Shown here: positions 1 to 12,661 of the stretch, in pieces | Layout of the letters: every line of letters begins with the position of its first letter | Position numbering within the stretch: position 1 is the stretch's first letter | From: Trichosphaerium sp. ATCC 40318 | Lineage: Eukaryota > Protista > Tubulinea | Length of the DNA stretch: 64,000 nucleotides | Direction of reading: 5' to 3' | Assembly (NCBI GenBank): GCA_038496445.1 | Contig: JALMLS010000093.1 | Coordinates: 558,001-622,000, forward strand | Notes under the pieces: generated by a model | Database searches by the model: none | Seen by the model: the letters and a program-made list of their open reading frames with translations, nothing else | What the model was told of the DNA's origin: nothing | Translations under genes and position numbers: made by a program

Positions 1-116
1 GCGATTTGGGGAGCGTTTTGAAATAACGAAGCTGGTCTGTGCATTTGAAGAGGTGAAACAGGCGGGGACGCGGTTGGACGTTGAGCAAAGATTGGGGAAG
101 CGACAGAAGTTGCCAT
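1..116 (-). CDS. 5' end of a gene running off the left edge (Pro/Ser-rich N-terminus)
   Basis: ATG at 116 on the minus strand opens MATSVASPIFAQRPTASPPVSPLQMHRPASLFQNAPQI. The stretch is GC-richer than its flank and has no stop before the window edge. Confidence 0.55.
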   Translation of the reverse strand, partial: MATSVASPIFAQRPTASPPVSPLQMHRPASLFQNAPQI

Positions 117-1006
117 TTGGATTGAAATTTTGTTTGTTAAGTAAATAAAAAGTAACGGTTAAATGTACTGTTAAGTTGCTCGTTTACGCGTCGCTGCAAC
201 TAACCGTAAACAGAAATTTGACAAATATCTCCGGTCTGTTTCATTATTTGTTGAGGATATAAACAAAGAAAAAAAGCATCACGTGATTATGCTGTTTGCG
301 ATTAAAGTGCCAAACTCTAAAAAAATGCCTTGGGTATTTTTTGGATTTTTTTTACAAAAGCCCGACTCCCTTATCCATAGCCCCCGCGCGTGGATTCTTT
401 GTTTGGGCAATACACCATTCCGTAGCTTCAACTGTAGCTTGATCACGTGGATATCCCTATGAGGTTAATATTTTGGCATTGAACATAGTGTAGAGTCTCA
501 AACAAAAGATTCTGAAGGTCTCATGTACGTTTTTGCTTTTTTGATTTCGCTGCTAGTACACATTTTAGCGTAACGAAGTCTCTTCCTGAAAAAGTGAAGA
601 AATGCATTTGTATCAATACAAGGGAGAAACTTATGTGCGGTTTTTTTTTTTGAATGCGACATGCCAGCTCATTGTTTCGCGGTTTCTTTGCATGGTGCAA
701 ATATTGTGATACGAAACATGGCGAAAAAAATTTGTTTGGGTCAGATTAGTAAGCGACTATTTTTCTTATATCTACGCCGCTGTGCGGGCTTACAATAGGA
801 CTTTTTTTTTCATACTACCTTTTTGGGCTTTAAGTTTTTGTTGCTTTTTAAAAGTACTTCTTTGTTGTTTCTAGTTATGTCTGGTAACATATTCAGCGCT
901 GAAAACAGCGAAATTTACCCATTTAAGGAAGTAGTAATGTAGAATTTGATAAGCCAAAAAGCATAGAATAAACTGTATCCCAGCTTCGCAAAGCATCTCC
1001 TCTACA

Positions 1007-2440
1007 ATGAACAGGTTATTAGCAACCCTATGCGTATTACTTACAGCCATTTCATTGGCTTCGGGTCACGGTAGGCTCACAATACCCAGAACTCGAGATA
1101 TGATAAACGGCGTGTCCATTGCTAACCAAAACATACCTGTACCACTCGAATCAAGCGTACGCCATTTTCTTGCTCCCGAAACGTAACTTGACGTAACTTG
1201 CTGTAGGCCTTTGTATGTCGTGATCAACCTGAAGGTGATGTTGAAGTAGCTTTAGTAGCTGGCGAGAGTTTAGCTGTTCAATGGACATACGATGCTAACC
1301 ATGTTGTACGACTTTATTTTTTTTTTTTTTTCGGTTCTTTAGTTTTAATTAATTATGGCTTCCAGGGCGACTGTTTCTTTTATCTATCATACGGTGATAA
1401 ATGGTGGAAGATTGCAGAATACGCTGAGTGTAACAGTACGTATTTTTAACTTGGCGTTGACAGATTTTTTGGGTTTTTTTCTGATAATGCTAAAAAAGTG
1501 TTGTCATTTCGCTCGTGTTTTGATCCAATTAATAATCGTTTTCGCTATTAGAGTTGAACAAAGTAACCCTTCAGATTGATATACCTTCGTGGTTCCCATC
1601 TTGCACAAAATGTATTCTTCGTTATGAGTGGTATGCTTTACACCAATATACATCAGGTGCACTAAACGGAAGCCCAGAGTTTTACAGTACGTCAGAAAGA
1701 AGTTTAAAATATATTGAAACAGCGACTAATTTAGTCATTTTTTAAGATCAATGTGTTGATGTCTCCGTCACAAACGGTGAAGGTGTAACAGGTGTACCTA
1801 AAGCTGAACCTGCTGTAACCATACCAGGGCATTTACCGCCAACATTTGCTGACTACAGAGTGCGTTCTTTTACACTGAAGTTAAGAGCTCTACTTTTTTC
1901 TCGTGAACAGCAGCATACTGTTACTATCCATGGCAATGGTTAAACCGGGTATTACAACCATTAGTAATAACTAAGGTTTTAATACTGAGCTGGTTTCGAA
2001 GAACGACCGAAGTCGAAATTTAAATTAAAAAATGCATTCCTTTTATGGATGGCTTGGTGGATTTTACCTTTCTCGAATTCTCATTTTACTCACACTTTTT
2101 TGTTAGAACCCTTGGAATCCTAGTGCTTCATTATTCTTTACTGGGCCTGCACTTGCAAGATTACCTGGAACGGTTCTTGAACCCCCAGCTACAACAGAAC
2201 CAGTTGCAACACAACCACCTACTATTACCGATGCACCTACTGGTACTGTAGCTCCTAGCGGCGTAACAAATGGACCATCAGAAAATGTTCGTATTATCTA
2301 CGTCTGCAATGTACGTTGATTATAATCGAGATTGAATCAAAAAGCACTTCGTTTTATTAATTTTTTTGTAGGGTGCTACAGGAATTTCAGCTTTTATATC
2401 TTTTGTTATAATCGGTATTACAATGGCTTTGCTATTATAA
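1007..2440 (+). CDS. Lytic polysaccharide monooxygenase-like protein (AA9-like), secreted, with P/T-rich stalk and GPI-type hydrophobic C-terminus; about 7 exons
   Basis: Signal peptide MNRLLATLCVLLTAISLASG followed by His1 (HGRLTIPRTR). Second His in WTYDANHVGDC. ILRYEWYALHQ...PEFYNQCVDVSV...AVTIPG resembles the AA9 C-terminal motif. Ends GATGISAFISFVIIGITMALLL*. Introns are GT(ACG/GCG/TCG)..AG. Confidence 0.8.
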
Positions 2441-2765
2441 AGAAAAGAACAAAAAATCTCCCAGAACCAAGACCAAAGTACCTCCATCCGTGAGGTTCTT
2501 GAAAATGTGCAATAAAATCTTAAGATAAACTTACAAAATGTCAACAACTTTTTTTTCCTCCTTTCGTACAAGAAACTCCACTTGTATGTCATTCACCTAG
2601 AATGCTTACTAGTGATATACAGCGTTATTAATCAATTGTACGTTGTTGAAGAAGAAATTTAGACAAAACCTACTCTTTAAGAAACTGAACAAGAGATAGT
2701 GTTTTGACAGAGAGCACAACTACAGCGAGTGTTTCAGGAGATACATAAAACATTTTATTGTTAAT

Positions 2766-3500
2766 TTAAACAGTTGTTTGTTGCTTTGTATGGTCATCTA
2801 CAATAGGAATGACCTTACATTGACACCTTCTGTTCTTACAGAACAAAGATTCAGCTCTTTGACATTTTGAGCAATAGATAGTGTGACATGCTTTCCAGTA
2901 CTTTTTCTCAAAAGCCAGGAGACAAGGAAGGAAATTTGTATGACATACGTCTGTGTCAATGTTGAATCCGCGGAAATTGTCTTCGTCTGCTCCGATTTTA
3001 GTACATCCAATCCTCTTTAGGCAGTTCTTTCTATCAGACGGTGTTTCAGCGCTTTCTGCGCATTCGCGGCTTTCGTCAAATGCTCCCTCAGTACAAACTA
3101 TAGTATTCTCTGGTTTTACGTCGCATACGCAACCATACTCGTTTGTGCACTCTGCTGCGCTTCCATGCGGACATGGAGCCAAACAGTTTTTATCGAAACA
3201 GTATTTACCACCGCCGTGTACTAAACAGCTTGATAGAAGCTCTCTGTTGCACTCGGCGTATTTATAGTGGTTTACATTGTATTTTATCTTCTTGTTGAGC
3301 GGTTCACTGTTTTCTGCTACACATTCAGCTGCGGCGAGTTTGGTGTCTTCAATTTGGTTGCTTATTGCTCTTTTAAAGCAACGCAGGATGAGATCTGTTG
3401 ATTCAGTTGTTTTCAAGCTGATATTACTTGTATAAGCTCCTGCAACATATATTGTTGCAAGTAAGCAAAATCCAAGGAGAAGAGTTGCGCTTGTTGTCAT
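2766..3500 (-). CDS. Secreted cysteine-rich protein with a two-fold internal repeat, intronless
   Basis: Part of the 260-aa ORF. The first true ATG (3500) gives signal peptide MTTSATLLLGFCLLATIYVAGA. Two similar Cys blocks: CNRELLSSCL..KYC..C..C...C..GCVCDV and CHTNFLPCLL..KY..C..C..C...C..RCQCKV. Confidence 0.75.
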   Translation of the reverse strand: MTTSATLLLGFCLLATIYVAGAYTSNISLKTTESTDLILRCFKRAISNQIEDTKLAAAECVAENSEPLNKKIKYNVNHYKYAECNRELLSSCLVHGGGKYCFDKNCLAPCPHGSAAECTNEYGCVCDVKPENTIVCTEGAFDESRECAESAETPSDRKNCLKRIGCTKIGADEDNFRGFNIDTDVCHTNFLPCLLAFEKKYWKACHTIYCSKCQRAESLFCKNRRCQCKVIPIVDDHTKQQTTV

Positions 3501-4388
3501 TTTGGAAGGTTTCTGACGAATTTGAACAAGACTTTCCTTTTGTGTCAATTCTCAGCATGGATAACGTTATTAGAAAGCAAAGGTTTTGTAAAAAACACAA
3601 TGCATCCTGAGTACTGATCCGTGTTTTAGAGTATGATGGCGTTGAACGAGAATTGGTTTCTGAATTGTATGTTTGTAGTTCCATAATTCTTAGCCTAAAG
3701 ACCCTGCTGCAATCACCAAGCAATACAATAAAACCTAGATGGTTTTTTTTCCACGTTCTAGCATTTGAAACCCACTCCTTGACTTCGCCTTAGTATTCTT
3801 TGGAGTTGACCTGGAATAGATCGATCAAAAGAGTAATTATAATCAGTTTTTTAGTTCGTCATTACTCGTAGCCTAAACCATTTCCGTTCCTTATTTTTAT
3901 TGTGACTGGTGCTAGCAGGTAAATAAAGCATTTTTAGATGTTACAACGAACTACAACTTCACAGTGATGAACAATAATGAACATCGTTAATCTTTTGACT
4001 GATAACTCCTTCTTAAAGCGCATATCATCTTCATGCCACTCCCTTTAGGACAAATTAACCAGTATGTTACCAGTTCTAAAGACACTTTTTATTTGTGGAC
4101 ATATTGTGTCACGTGCAAAATTTATTGTGAGCTTTACATGCTTCAGAAGCAATAAGACTTCATGTTTTTGGTTCTTCCTTTTTTACGTTTTTAGTAAGCC
4201 AAACATTTGTGGTAGTTAGCCATGTAGTGTCTGTTTAAATACATAATTTCGAAATGTTCTACTCACATGCCAGTGATCCGTTAAGATCAATATTGAAGCC
4301 GCTTTGAAGAGATCCGTTTAACAATTAGCCACGCTTGACTTTAAGGAACTTGCCGTATCGTTTTTAAGTCATTACGCAGTGAACTGAG

Positions 4389-6163
4389 ATGGAAACCAAC
4401 GCACCTGAGCTTGTGACATTGCCACCTGAAGTATATGTACATATTCTAGAGCACATTATTAACGACAGTAAGTGTAATTACAAATCGTCACCTTTGTTTT
4501 GGTTCATGATGCTCTGTGTACTATAATAACATATCGTAGACTACTTTCCAAGCTCGTCTGATCAAAAAACCCTCTACCGCAATTTTCCCAAGCTACCTAC
4601 AGACATAACGTCTTTCATTAGCGTTAGCATTACTTGTAAGTCATTAAAACGATCATCTTCTCTAAAAGGTGACACTTGGAAGCGTTTATGCAAACGTGAC
4701 TTCTTGGGTACGCTACTGGCCACTACAATTATCTGTTGGCGTCAAACACACAAAATAATGTTTAATCGCTTGTTCAAGGTTACAACATTACTTTGGCGGA
4801 TAAGAGAGATTGGAGAGATGTTTACTTGACACTTTTTAAACGAATGAGCCTTGTTTGTGTTAATTGTCATATTGTGAATAACTCATTGTACAAATCATAC
4901 AAGAAAGTAGGATCCCCGACGGTAACAGTACGTTGGAATTTAGTATTCTTTTCTGTTTTGCATCACGTTCATCTTCTTTGAATTTTTACAAGAAAGAGAA
5001 AAACACCTTAAATTATTCTTGTATGACCTTTCACGTACGGCGTGTAGCTAAAATTTAGTTAATATCAATGAGGACACATTTTACTATAGTTCTATTTGCA
5101 CAAGATTTTTTTTTTTCACTCACAATGCTACACAAGGTGCATTTATTCGGTTTGAAATTTCTTTTTATTTGTCACGTGAGCGAATATTTTTGTTTCTGGA
5201 GCCTGTTGGTTTTTATTTGGAAAATTAATTGTTCTTTGGTGACGTATCTTGTTGTTTCGATAAAGCCATACTCATAAACCATGTAAACGCAGGCAATGTT
5301 TCAAAAGTGTATCGTAAAGACAACAAACACAAAATCTCACTTTTTTCATATTTTTGTATGATCATTTTTCGTTCTTGTCCTTTTGTTTTATTGTTGTCAC
5401 AAAATTGTAACAGCATTGTGTTTTTATATATTTGCGTTACATAATAGTCACAGTTTTAAACCTGTTTTAGTTTAAGCAGCTCCACGATTGGGAATTGAAA
5501 AATAATGTTCCAATACCTTTTGCTTTGCGTGTATTATTGATGCGCGACACCGGCAGTTATCCCAATTATAAGGTTGAAATGAAAAGTTGGCGCACTTTAA
5601 ATGGTATACACGGAGGCGGAGGAGAATACGGGTGGGTAATTCGCTTTGTCTTACTTCCAATTTGCCTTTTGTTTAAGAATTCTCATTCTTTTCTGGTTTT
5701 TGTATGATGCTGATTTGTGTAATAGAACGTACTGGTCAACAAAAACTACAGGCACCTTTATAGAATACGCCAGTAGTCACATGAAAGAGTATGTGTCAAG
5801 AATAGAAAAAACCAAACAAGTTTGTTTTAATGCTGTTTTTTTTTTAAAGATACATTGATTGTGATGTTACTTCTTCTCGTTATGGACATGTAAGTGATAT
5901 TGTTTGTTAGTTTAATCATTACTTGATTATGTGATTACTAAGTTATCTATAAGCTAACCAGGGTTGATGATATCAATCCATACGGTGAAACACGTGTTGA
6001 ATACAAGGGTGAATTAACAACCTATTTGAGAAGGTTGTACAATTGGCCAATGTGTAAGGAACCTTTACTAAAAATGGAGCAGTTTAATGCTAGTTTGTAT
6101 TTAAACAGTAACAAAGAAGAAAAACAAAAATACACTCGTACTACCTTCACAGACTATGATTAA
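4389..6163 (+). CDS. F-box protein with unknown C-terminal domain, multi-exon
   Basis: METNAPELVTLPPEVYVHILEHI is an F-box start. DTWKRLCKRDF..DWRDVY is a typical post-F-box motif. Last exon ends ...RTTFTDYD*. Middle exons are only partly resolved. Confidence 0.65.
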
Positions 6164-6470
6164 AAAAAAGCACTGAATTACAAAAAAAAAAAGAAGGCTT
6201 CTTCCAAGTTTCTGAAAAACCCCTGCAATGCCTGTGCTTCATTACGATTAAACAACAATAAAGAGATCTATTAGTTGAATAAAGAATGTATTGCAAAGCA
6301 TTTATTTCACATCTGTTTACCAACAAAGGTGAACAAGTCTTGATTTTGATCAAAAAAAAAGAACATTTTAAATACGCTTCATGGTGGTGTCATCACATTG
6401 TACAAAGTGAACAATGATAGGTTGGATAATAGCATATCTATATAACATTTTATTGTTTTTAATATAGTTT

Positions 6471-9400
6471 TTACAGCTCTTGGTATTCTTCCTTCTTACT
6501 TGTACAACATATCTTTTTTTTCATCCAATTAAAAAACCAAACAATAATCATTTGTCTATCATGTAAAGAAAGACTTAACCGAGTTGCATGATAATTACCC
6601 GGACGTTTACCAAATAACATTATAATAGAGAATATCACAAAAGCACCAATAGGTAATGCAATATAGTAAGGGTAGAGATTAAATCCGGTAAATAAATCGC
6701 CAACAATCACAGCTTCAGAAAATAATAAGAAAAAAAAACCAGCTCAGGAACAAGCAACAAGGCATGTGGCAAAATTCTAATAAGATTTGTTTCTACTTAC
6801 CCGTAAAGAAAGCTGTCATTGCATATGGGAATTGAGTCTTGACATGACTCATTGTAGGTACACCAGCAACAAGTGCGCTTAGAAAATGTTAAATAAAATT
6901 GTTATGCTTGAGATTACCTCAAAATAGTCGTATCAGAAAAAGGTGAGCAATGATCGCCTGCATTCGCACCGGATATAATAGAAGCGATTACATTTATTAC
7001 TATCCCAAAATCACCATCTGTAGAACGGGCAATAGCGAGTGGAAGAATAAGAGGAAACTAGTTCAAGCATTAGTAAACATACATAAGGGATGATTTTCGC
7101 ACCATAATAGCCATCGTGGCAAAAGATGTCCCGCTGGCGAAACTTAGTAAACCTGCAAGCAGCGTAGTCAATACAGGTATAAGACCTGTAGGTAACCAAG
7201 ATCCAAAGGCTGATGTAATAAAGACTCCTAAAGAAAAATAAGAAAAATATGAGAACACAAAATCGTTTGATAGAAAAGAAACCAACTTTACGTACCAAGG
7301 TGTATATCATTTATTGCTTTTCCAAGAGCGAAAGCAAGTATGAGAACAAAAACACCTTCTAGAAGGTGTTTCATGCCAGCTACAAACACTGCCAAGCATT
7401 CCTTAACAGTAAGAATACACTGAACTACGAGCAATATCATTGTGAATACAATAGCTGATATAGCACCCCAAATCAAAACAAACTATTGTTTTAGTGTTAT
7501 TTATATATAAGAGGGTGTAAAGGTATTGGATGTAAAACGAGGAGTAAGTACCATTGTTCGTGCAGATGAGATAACTGTCTGAAAATCCTTTGATTTTCCT
7601 TGAGAATAATCAGAAAAGAAAAATCTGATTGAAGAAAATACCTTGGATTTCAGCTTGATTCATCCCATCTAGAGCAAGGCCAAGAAAAATGACAAACAAG
7701 AATAACAATAAAGGAAGTACAGCATTATACCATCTCATGGGTTTACCTACCAATCAAGGAAAGTCAAACTCAAAGTACCCAAAACACAACATTGTTCCGT
7801 ATGCGATCGTACCTGGTTTGGGTTCTAGTAAATTCCTTGTTCTCTTTTTCTCTTCTGAATTATTCACAGAAGAATCTTCATCTAAAGATACATTTGTATC
7901 ATCAAGTTTAGATGTGCTCAGCTAAGGTTAAAATAAGCTTAGGACAAATCATTGAATTTGAATCAAATTTCTCCATTGTTGCGTACTGAAAGCTCATCTG
8001 CTTTTGATGCATCAATCATTGCCATACGGGCTTCACGTTCCTTTGGATACATGAAAGCATAATCACGACCAAGTAATCCAATAAGAAAAACAAAGAAAAG
8101 CAAGAATAGTTGATAGTATAATCGAGGAATAGACTCCAAATAAGTAATGTAAGGATCCCTATTTTTTTAAGTTAGTAAATTCTGTAATCAACTAACAAGC
8201 TTGTTGTTGTACTTGTCGACATTTGCTAGACTTAGTTGTTGTCTAATGAAACCAACTTCAACAGCCATGTATGTAGATATTATAGACAACGACGCAACAG
8301 GACCAGATGTTGAATCTAATAATTGCTATTAATAAACAAGCTATAAATAGCTTATTTAATTAAAACTCTTAGGACAACCATAGTGTAGTTGTTAAATATA
8401 ATCTCAATTAAATAAGGTACTATTCAATTACCAATTATAAAAGCTAACTTCTCTCGAGAAACACCCAAAGCGTCGTTTACTAGGTAGTAAGTGTAAGAGT
8501 AAACCGAGGATGAATAATAAAAATATCACATCAAAAATATTTTTAAACTATTAAAATCAATGGCACGTACTTGGCATCATTGCTGGCCCAACAACGAAAA
8601 TAGATATATACGCTGATGTATTAATAATCAAACCGAAAATCCACGTGAATATTTGACCTCTAGAACAAACCATCTCAATAAAATTCGAACAGAAGTTCTA
8701 AAGTTTTTACCTTCTGCTTGTTGCTGCTACTTTAACCGATTTTTTGGCGAGATCAATGAACCCACCAGACGATTGTATGAGACCTTAGAACACGAAAAGT
8801 AAGAGACTAAATGAGTACGGCGTATATAAACGAACCAGTTAGACCACCTAGAAGTAATGCGAAGAGGACAATTTGAGCATCACCTCTTTGATCACATTAG
8901 CGAAAAAGTGAAAAAAACACCTTGGTGTATACAATACGTACTCGTTCATGAATACTTCAATAGCATATCTTGCAAAAACGTCAAGGAATCCAGCTATTAA
9001 ATACTAATGAGCCACAAAAAAAAAGTACATTTTTCAAAAAGTATAAGAGTGTTATCTTTCGTACTGAGAGGATTATATCCGCTACGAAGGAAGCCGCATA
9101 ACCAAATACCAACAAATAGACCTGTTGCAACGTTATAACAAGTTATAACTAATGCAATAAGAGATGTACCTGCAATAGGGTTTGACACAACTACAACTAA
9201 AATGACAGCAATTAAAGGAGGCAAAATCGTTAATCCTCCAGGTATGCCTCTTACACTCTTCGTCAAGTGATAAGTGTAACTATGTTCTGATGTCCTTAAT
9301 TTTTAATGTCAGAACGTGATAATTCCAAAAAGCACGTCATCACGTGATATAACCAAAAAAAGTAAGCCGACGTCAAAAAAAACATGGTTTACGCTTAGGT

Positions 9401-9844
9401 TCGGTAATTTGCCAAAAAACTTCCTTCTTTTTACCTTAGAGTGATGTTCCAGAACACCTCCGAGTTAAAACTTCGTATTTTAATGGGTGGAAGCGTTACA
9501 ATGGAATTTTCGGTTGAATGTAAAAAAGTTTCGTTAGAATGCGTTGTCAAGTGAGAGTCGTATACAATAACATCAATAATTGTGTCTGTAAGTCATTTTA
9601 GATAAAAATAGTCAAAAAGGGCTTGTACCGTTATCTAAATGACCATAAAACTCTACAGTGGCGCTAAAATCTAGTCCTTGTAGAATAAGTTCTGGAAATG
9701 TCAGTTTAGGCTCTCGACTAGTCTGAACGTTACACTGACGCGTGGAGTATCAATAAACAGCTTTTCTGGTACGTACGGCTCATAAGCATCATAACAAGGA
9801 ATAGTAAGCGCTAATAGGAAAAAGACGCCACTGAGTGTGAACAT
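6471..9844 (-). CDS. NhaC-family Na+/H+ antiporter-like transporter with N-terminal signal peptide and extracellular domain; many introns
   Basis: Spliced motifs LTILPPLIAV, GVSREKLAFIIDSTSGPVAS, SFASGTSFATMAI and GDHCSPFSDTTILSALVAG..SHVKTQFPYA, typical of the NhaC family. Starts MFTLSGVFFLLALTIPCYDA. Confidence 0.85.
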
Positions 9845-10252
9845 AACAGTGGTGGTTGTGCGCTCACTATACGATATTTAAAGTTTAGGGAATGTTCGCT
9901 TTTGTGAGCGTTTTGAAGCACATGTTGGGTGATCACATAAAAAAAACAACTACAAAACTGAGTATAACTACGCTCCAGTGAGTGCCTAGTGGTACTTCAA
10001 CAAATCCACATAAAGCACACTGCGTGGCTTTGAAATTCTGTCTGTTTGAGATGCGATAGAGGTCGTTCGGGTTCGTGAGAATTGAAGAAGTATCAGTTGG
10101 TTAAACAATTCCTACAATCTCAGGATATACTTGCAGTGCTATTGGTGAAGTTCCTGTTTTAAAGACGTACACATTGCAACAGGTAAATGGTGATGACGTC
10201 TTGATTTAGTGCTTAAGTCCGCTCGATTCGGAAGAATAGGAAAGTAGCCGTA

Positions 10253-11743
10253 ATGAACGCAACGCATATTGTCTTTGTTTTATTGCTCTCGCTTGGAGCT
10301 GTTTGTGCCTTTGCTGGTGCTTTAAACCAGACAGCATGGGTTGAGTATACCTCCAGTAGCGACGAAGAAACACGCGGCGTACTGCAGCTCAGCATAAAAG
10401 AGGGACAAATACCGCAATGGCTATCAGGAACGTACTTGAAAAACGGCCCTGCACGCTTTCAAATGGGCAAAAGAAGCTTCACAAACTACTTTGACGGTTA
10501 CGGAAAGATTTACAGCTTCAAACTCGAAAACGGATCGATTTTCTTCCAAACCCGCTTCGTAAACAGCGTATTCTACAACGACTCGAAGATCAAAGATGAT
10601 ATCGTACCGATGGGTCTTATTGAGTATCCCAAGCCTAGCTATGGTATTGTATTCAATTATATGGCAGCTCTAGGAGAAGGCATGAACAATAACGTAAATA
10701 TTGGACGCGTTGGTAACCATTTCATGGCAACGACGGACGGTGAGCCTAGTTTGTTTTTTAACGCCAAAACGCTTCAAAAAACAGAAGCGAAGTGGATGGA
10801 CAACCTAGAATTCGGCGCTATTAACTCTATGTCTACCGCTCATCCTGTTACAGTAAACGGATCGACGTACAACGTTATTACTCCTCTAAGGATAACAGCG
10901 TTCACAGGATTTCTAAATCCGCCTTCTTATCTCTATAAAGTAACAGGTAACTTAAAGAGACAAGTCATCGCAAAAATCCCATACAAAAAAACACCTTACA
11001 TCCATTCTTTCTCAGTCAACGAAAAGTATGCTATAATTATAGCACACCCTATGAGATTTTCTTTTCCAAACTTTCTACTTAAAGCTACATTAACAAGTAT
11101 GATGGTATATCAAGATGATATGAATACAGAGCTTACAGTCGTAAATCTATCAACTGGAAAAATTAAAAGAGTACAAGATGCCAAACCTACTTTTGTGTTT
11201 CATCACATCAACTCTTTTATTGACAATGAAGGTAACATTGTCATGGACGCTGTCGCTTATAAGAAGCCATGGACATGGAAGAGAACAACAATAGAGAATA
11301 TACAAAAGGAACACTTGTCTTTCAATAAGGATAACCGCATTAGAAGATACATAATCAATACAAAAACATGGACTTCAACAGAAAAAGATATTCTTGTTAC
11401 TAAGTTTGAGTTACCTACAATGAATCCTAACTATTATGGTAAACCTTACTGTATTTCTTATGGATTCACACCACCTATGGGACTAAGCAAGATAAACGTA
11501 TGTACTGGTGAAGTTACCAAGTATACAGAAGATAACAAGTTCACAACTGAAGCTGTATTTGTTGCCAATCCAAAACAAAGAAGCGAGGATGACGGTGTAC
11601 TCTTGACCACTGTTTATGATGGTGATATTGGTAGTACTGTATTCCTTTTGCTAGATGCTTCAAACATGAAAGTTATTCTAAGATCTGATGTACCAATCAA
11701 GCATCCGTTTTCGTTCCATGGGCAATTCTATTCTGATGTTTAA
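10253..11743 (+). CDS. Carotenoid cleavage oxygenase / RPE65-family protein with signal peptide, intronless
   Basis: 496-aa ORF with GQIPQWLSGTYLKNGP and FDGYG. Four Fe-binding His: STAHP, YIHSF, FHHIN, FSFHG. Also EAVFVANP..EDDGVLL. Confidence 0.93.
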   Translation: MNATHIVFVLLLSLGAVCAFAGALNQTAWVEYTSSSDEETRGVLQLSIKEGQIPQWLSGTYLKNGPARFQMGKRSFTNYFDGYGKIYSFKLENGSIFFQTRFVNSVFYNDSKIKDDIVPMGLIEYPKPSYGIVFNYMAALGEGMNNNVNIGRVGNHFMATTDGEPSLFFNAKTLQKTEAKWMDNLEFGAINSMSTAHPVTVNGSTYNVITPLRITAFTGFLNPPSYLYKVTGNLKRQVIAKIPYKKTPYIHSFSVNEKYAIIIAHPMRFSFPNFLLKATLTSMMVYQDDMNTELTVVNLSTGKIKRVQDAKPTFVFHHINSFIDNEGNIVMDAVAYKKPWTWKRTTIENIQKEHLSFNKDNRIRRYIINTKTWTSTEKDILVTKFELPTMNPNYYGKPYCISYGFTPPMGLSKINVCTGEVTKYTEDNKFTTEAVFVANPKQRSEDDGVLLTTVYDGDIGSTVFLLLDASNMKVILRSDVPIKHPFSFHGQFYSDV

Positions 11744-12661
11744 TAAAAAGTAAGAACCCAACCTTGTTTTTGCAATGTTTCTTTTTAAGTACTTGTGTGT
11801 TTGTTCCGATGTTAGCATGCTGTTTACCTCACGTAATCTCAAAGCGCCGGTACCATGTTTATCCCAACGCTTGTATTCATCTTCCAGTTTATTGCTATAG
11901 TTGAGACTTTTTTGTATCAATATGTCAGTGGGAAACCAGAATACAACATTCTTGTCAAGTTTTCTGGCAAGGTATGATTAGAAAATGATAATTTTGACGT
12001 TCAATGGCATTTCTGACATGTATTGTCATTGAGCTGCTTTATTTTGAAATTGTGTTCTGTTTCTAACTTTGTTAAAGGGCACGTGATTGATAAGACCAGA
12101 TCTGACAAAGACAAAACACTGTTGCCGTAAATCTGAATGCAAATGCCAAGATGGTTGTTTATGGTGTAAATCATTGGGCACAGCCAGGAAGTAATGGAAC
12201 TGGTAACGGCATAATAAAGACTTGGTTGCACTTTCCACACGTAGGAAAGCTCACAGGTTTGGTTGAAGACTATATGATAATTAAGGCAAGTGCAAGACGT
12301 TGGAAAATTCAAAAAAAAGCCGAAAACTGTTCAAGTTTTCGCTGTGACAGAATGAAATACCAAACCAAGAGGTGAGTTTTTTGACGTTTTCATTGGAGTG
12401 CTAGAATTTTCTTGAAAGTGTGACGGCTTACAAAAATCATCCTAGCTAGACTCCTTAATAACTTATGGCCTACCTCTATGGTAAGCGAAATAAACAATCC
12501 ATGCAACGAAACTGTTCGATAACAAGGCGCTTTGAGGCACAGATGAATCTGTTCGTTTAACGTTTTACCTCAATTCCTTTGGCTGAGTCACCGGAAATCG
12601 TTCACAGAACGTATTTGACCTTTGATGGAAAACTCGGTAAGGAGTTGTCACGAATATTCAT
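11678..12661 (-). CDS. Possible multi-exon gene of unknown function (weak F-box-like and EF-hand-like segments)
   Basis: Exon-like segments LFISLTIEVGHKLLRSL and ...HVPFNK|KLDKNVVFWFPTDILIQKS...DKHGTGALRLRE, with plausible GT/AG sites. I could not build a complete model. Confidence 0.3.

Noticed and set aside
1181-1200. acgtaacttg x2 tandem repeat in LPMO intron 1
   Set aside because: A simple local duplication with no further copies.
3964-4002. Box C (GTGATGA) and box D (CTGA) pair
   Set aside because: The span is only about 39 nt, too short for a C/D snoRNA.
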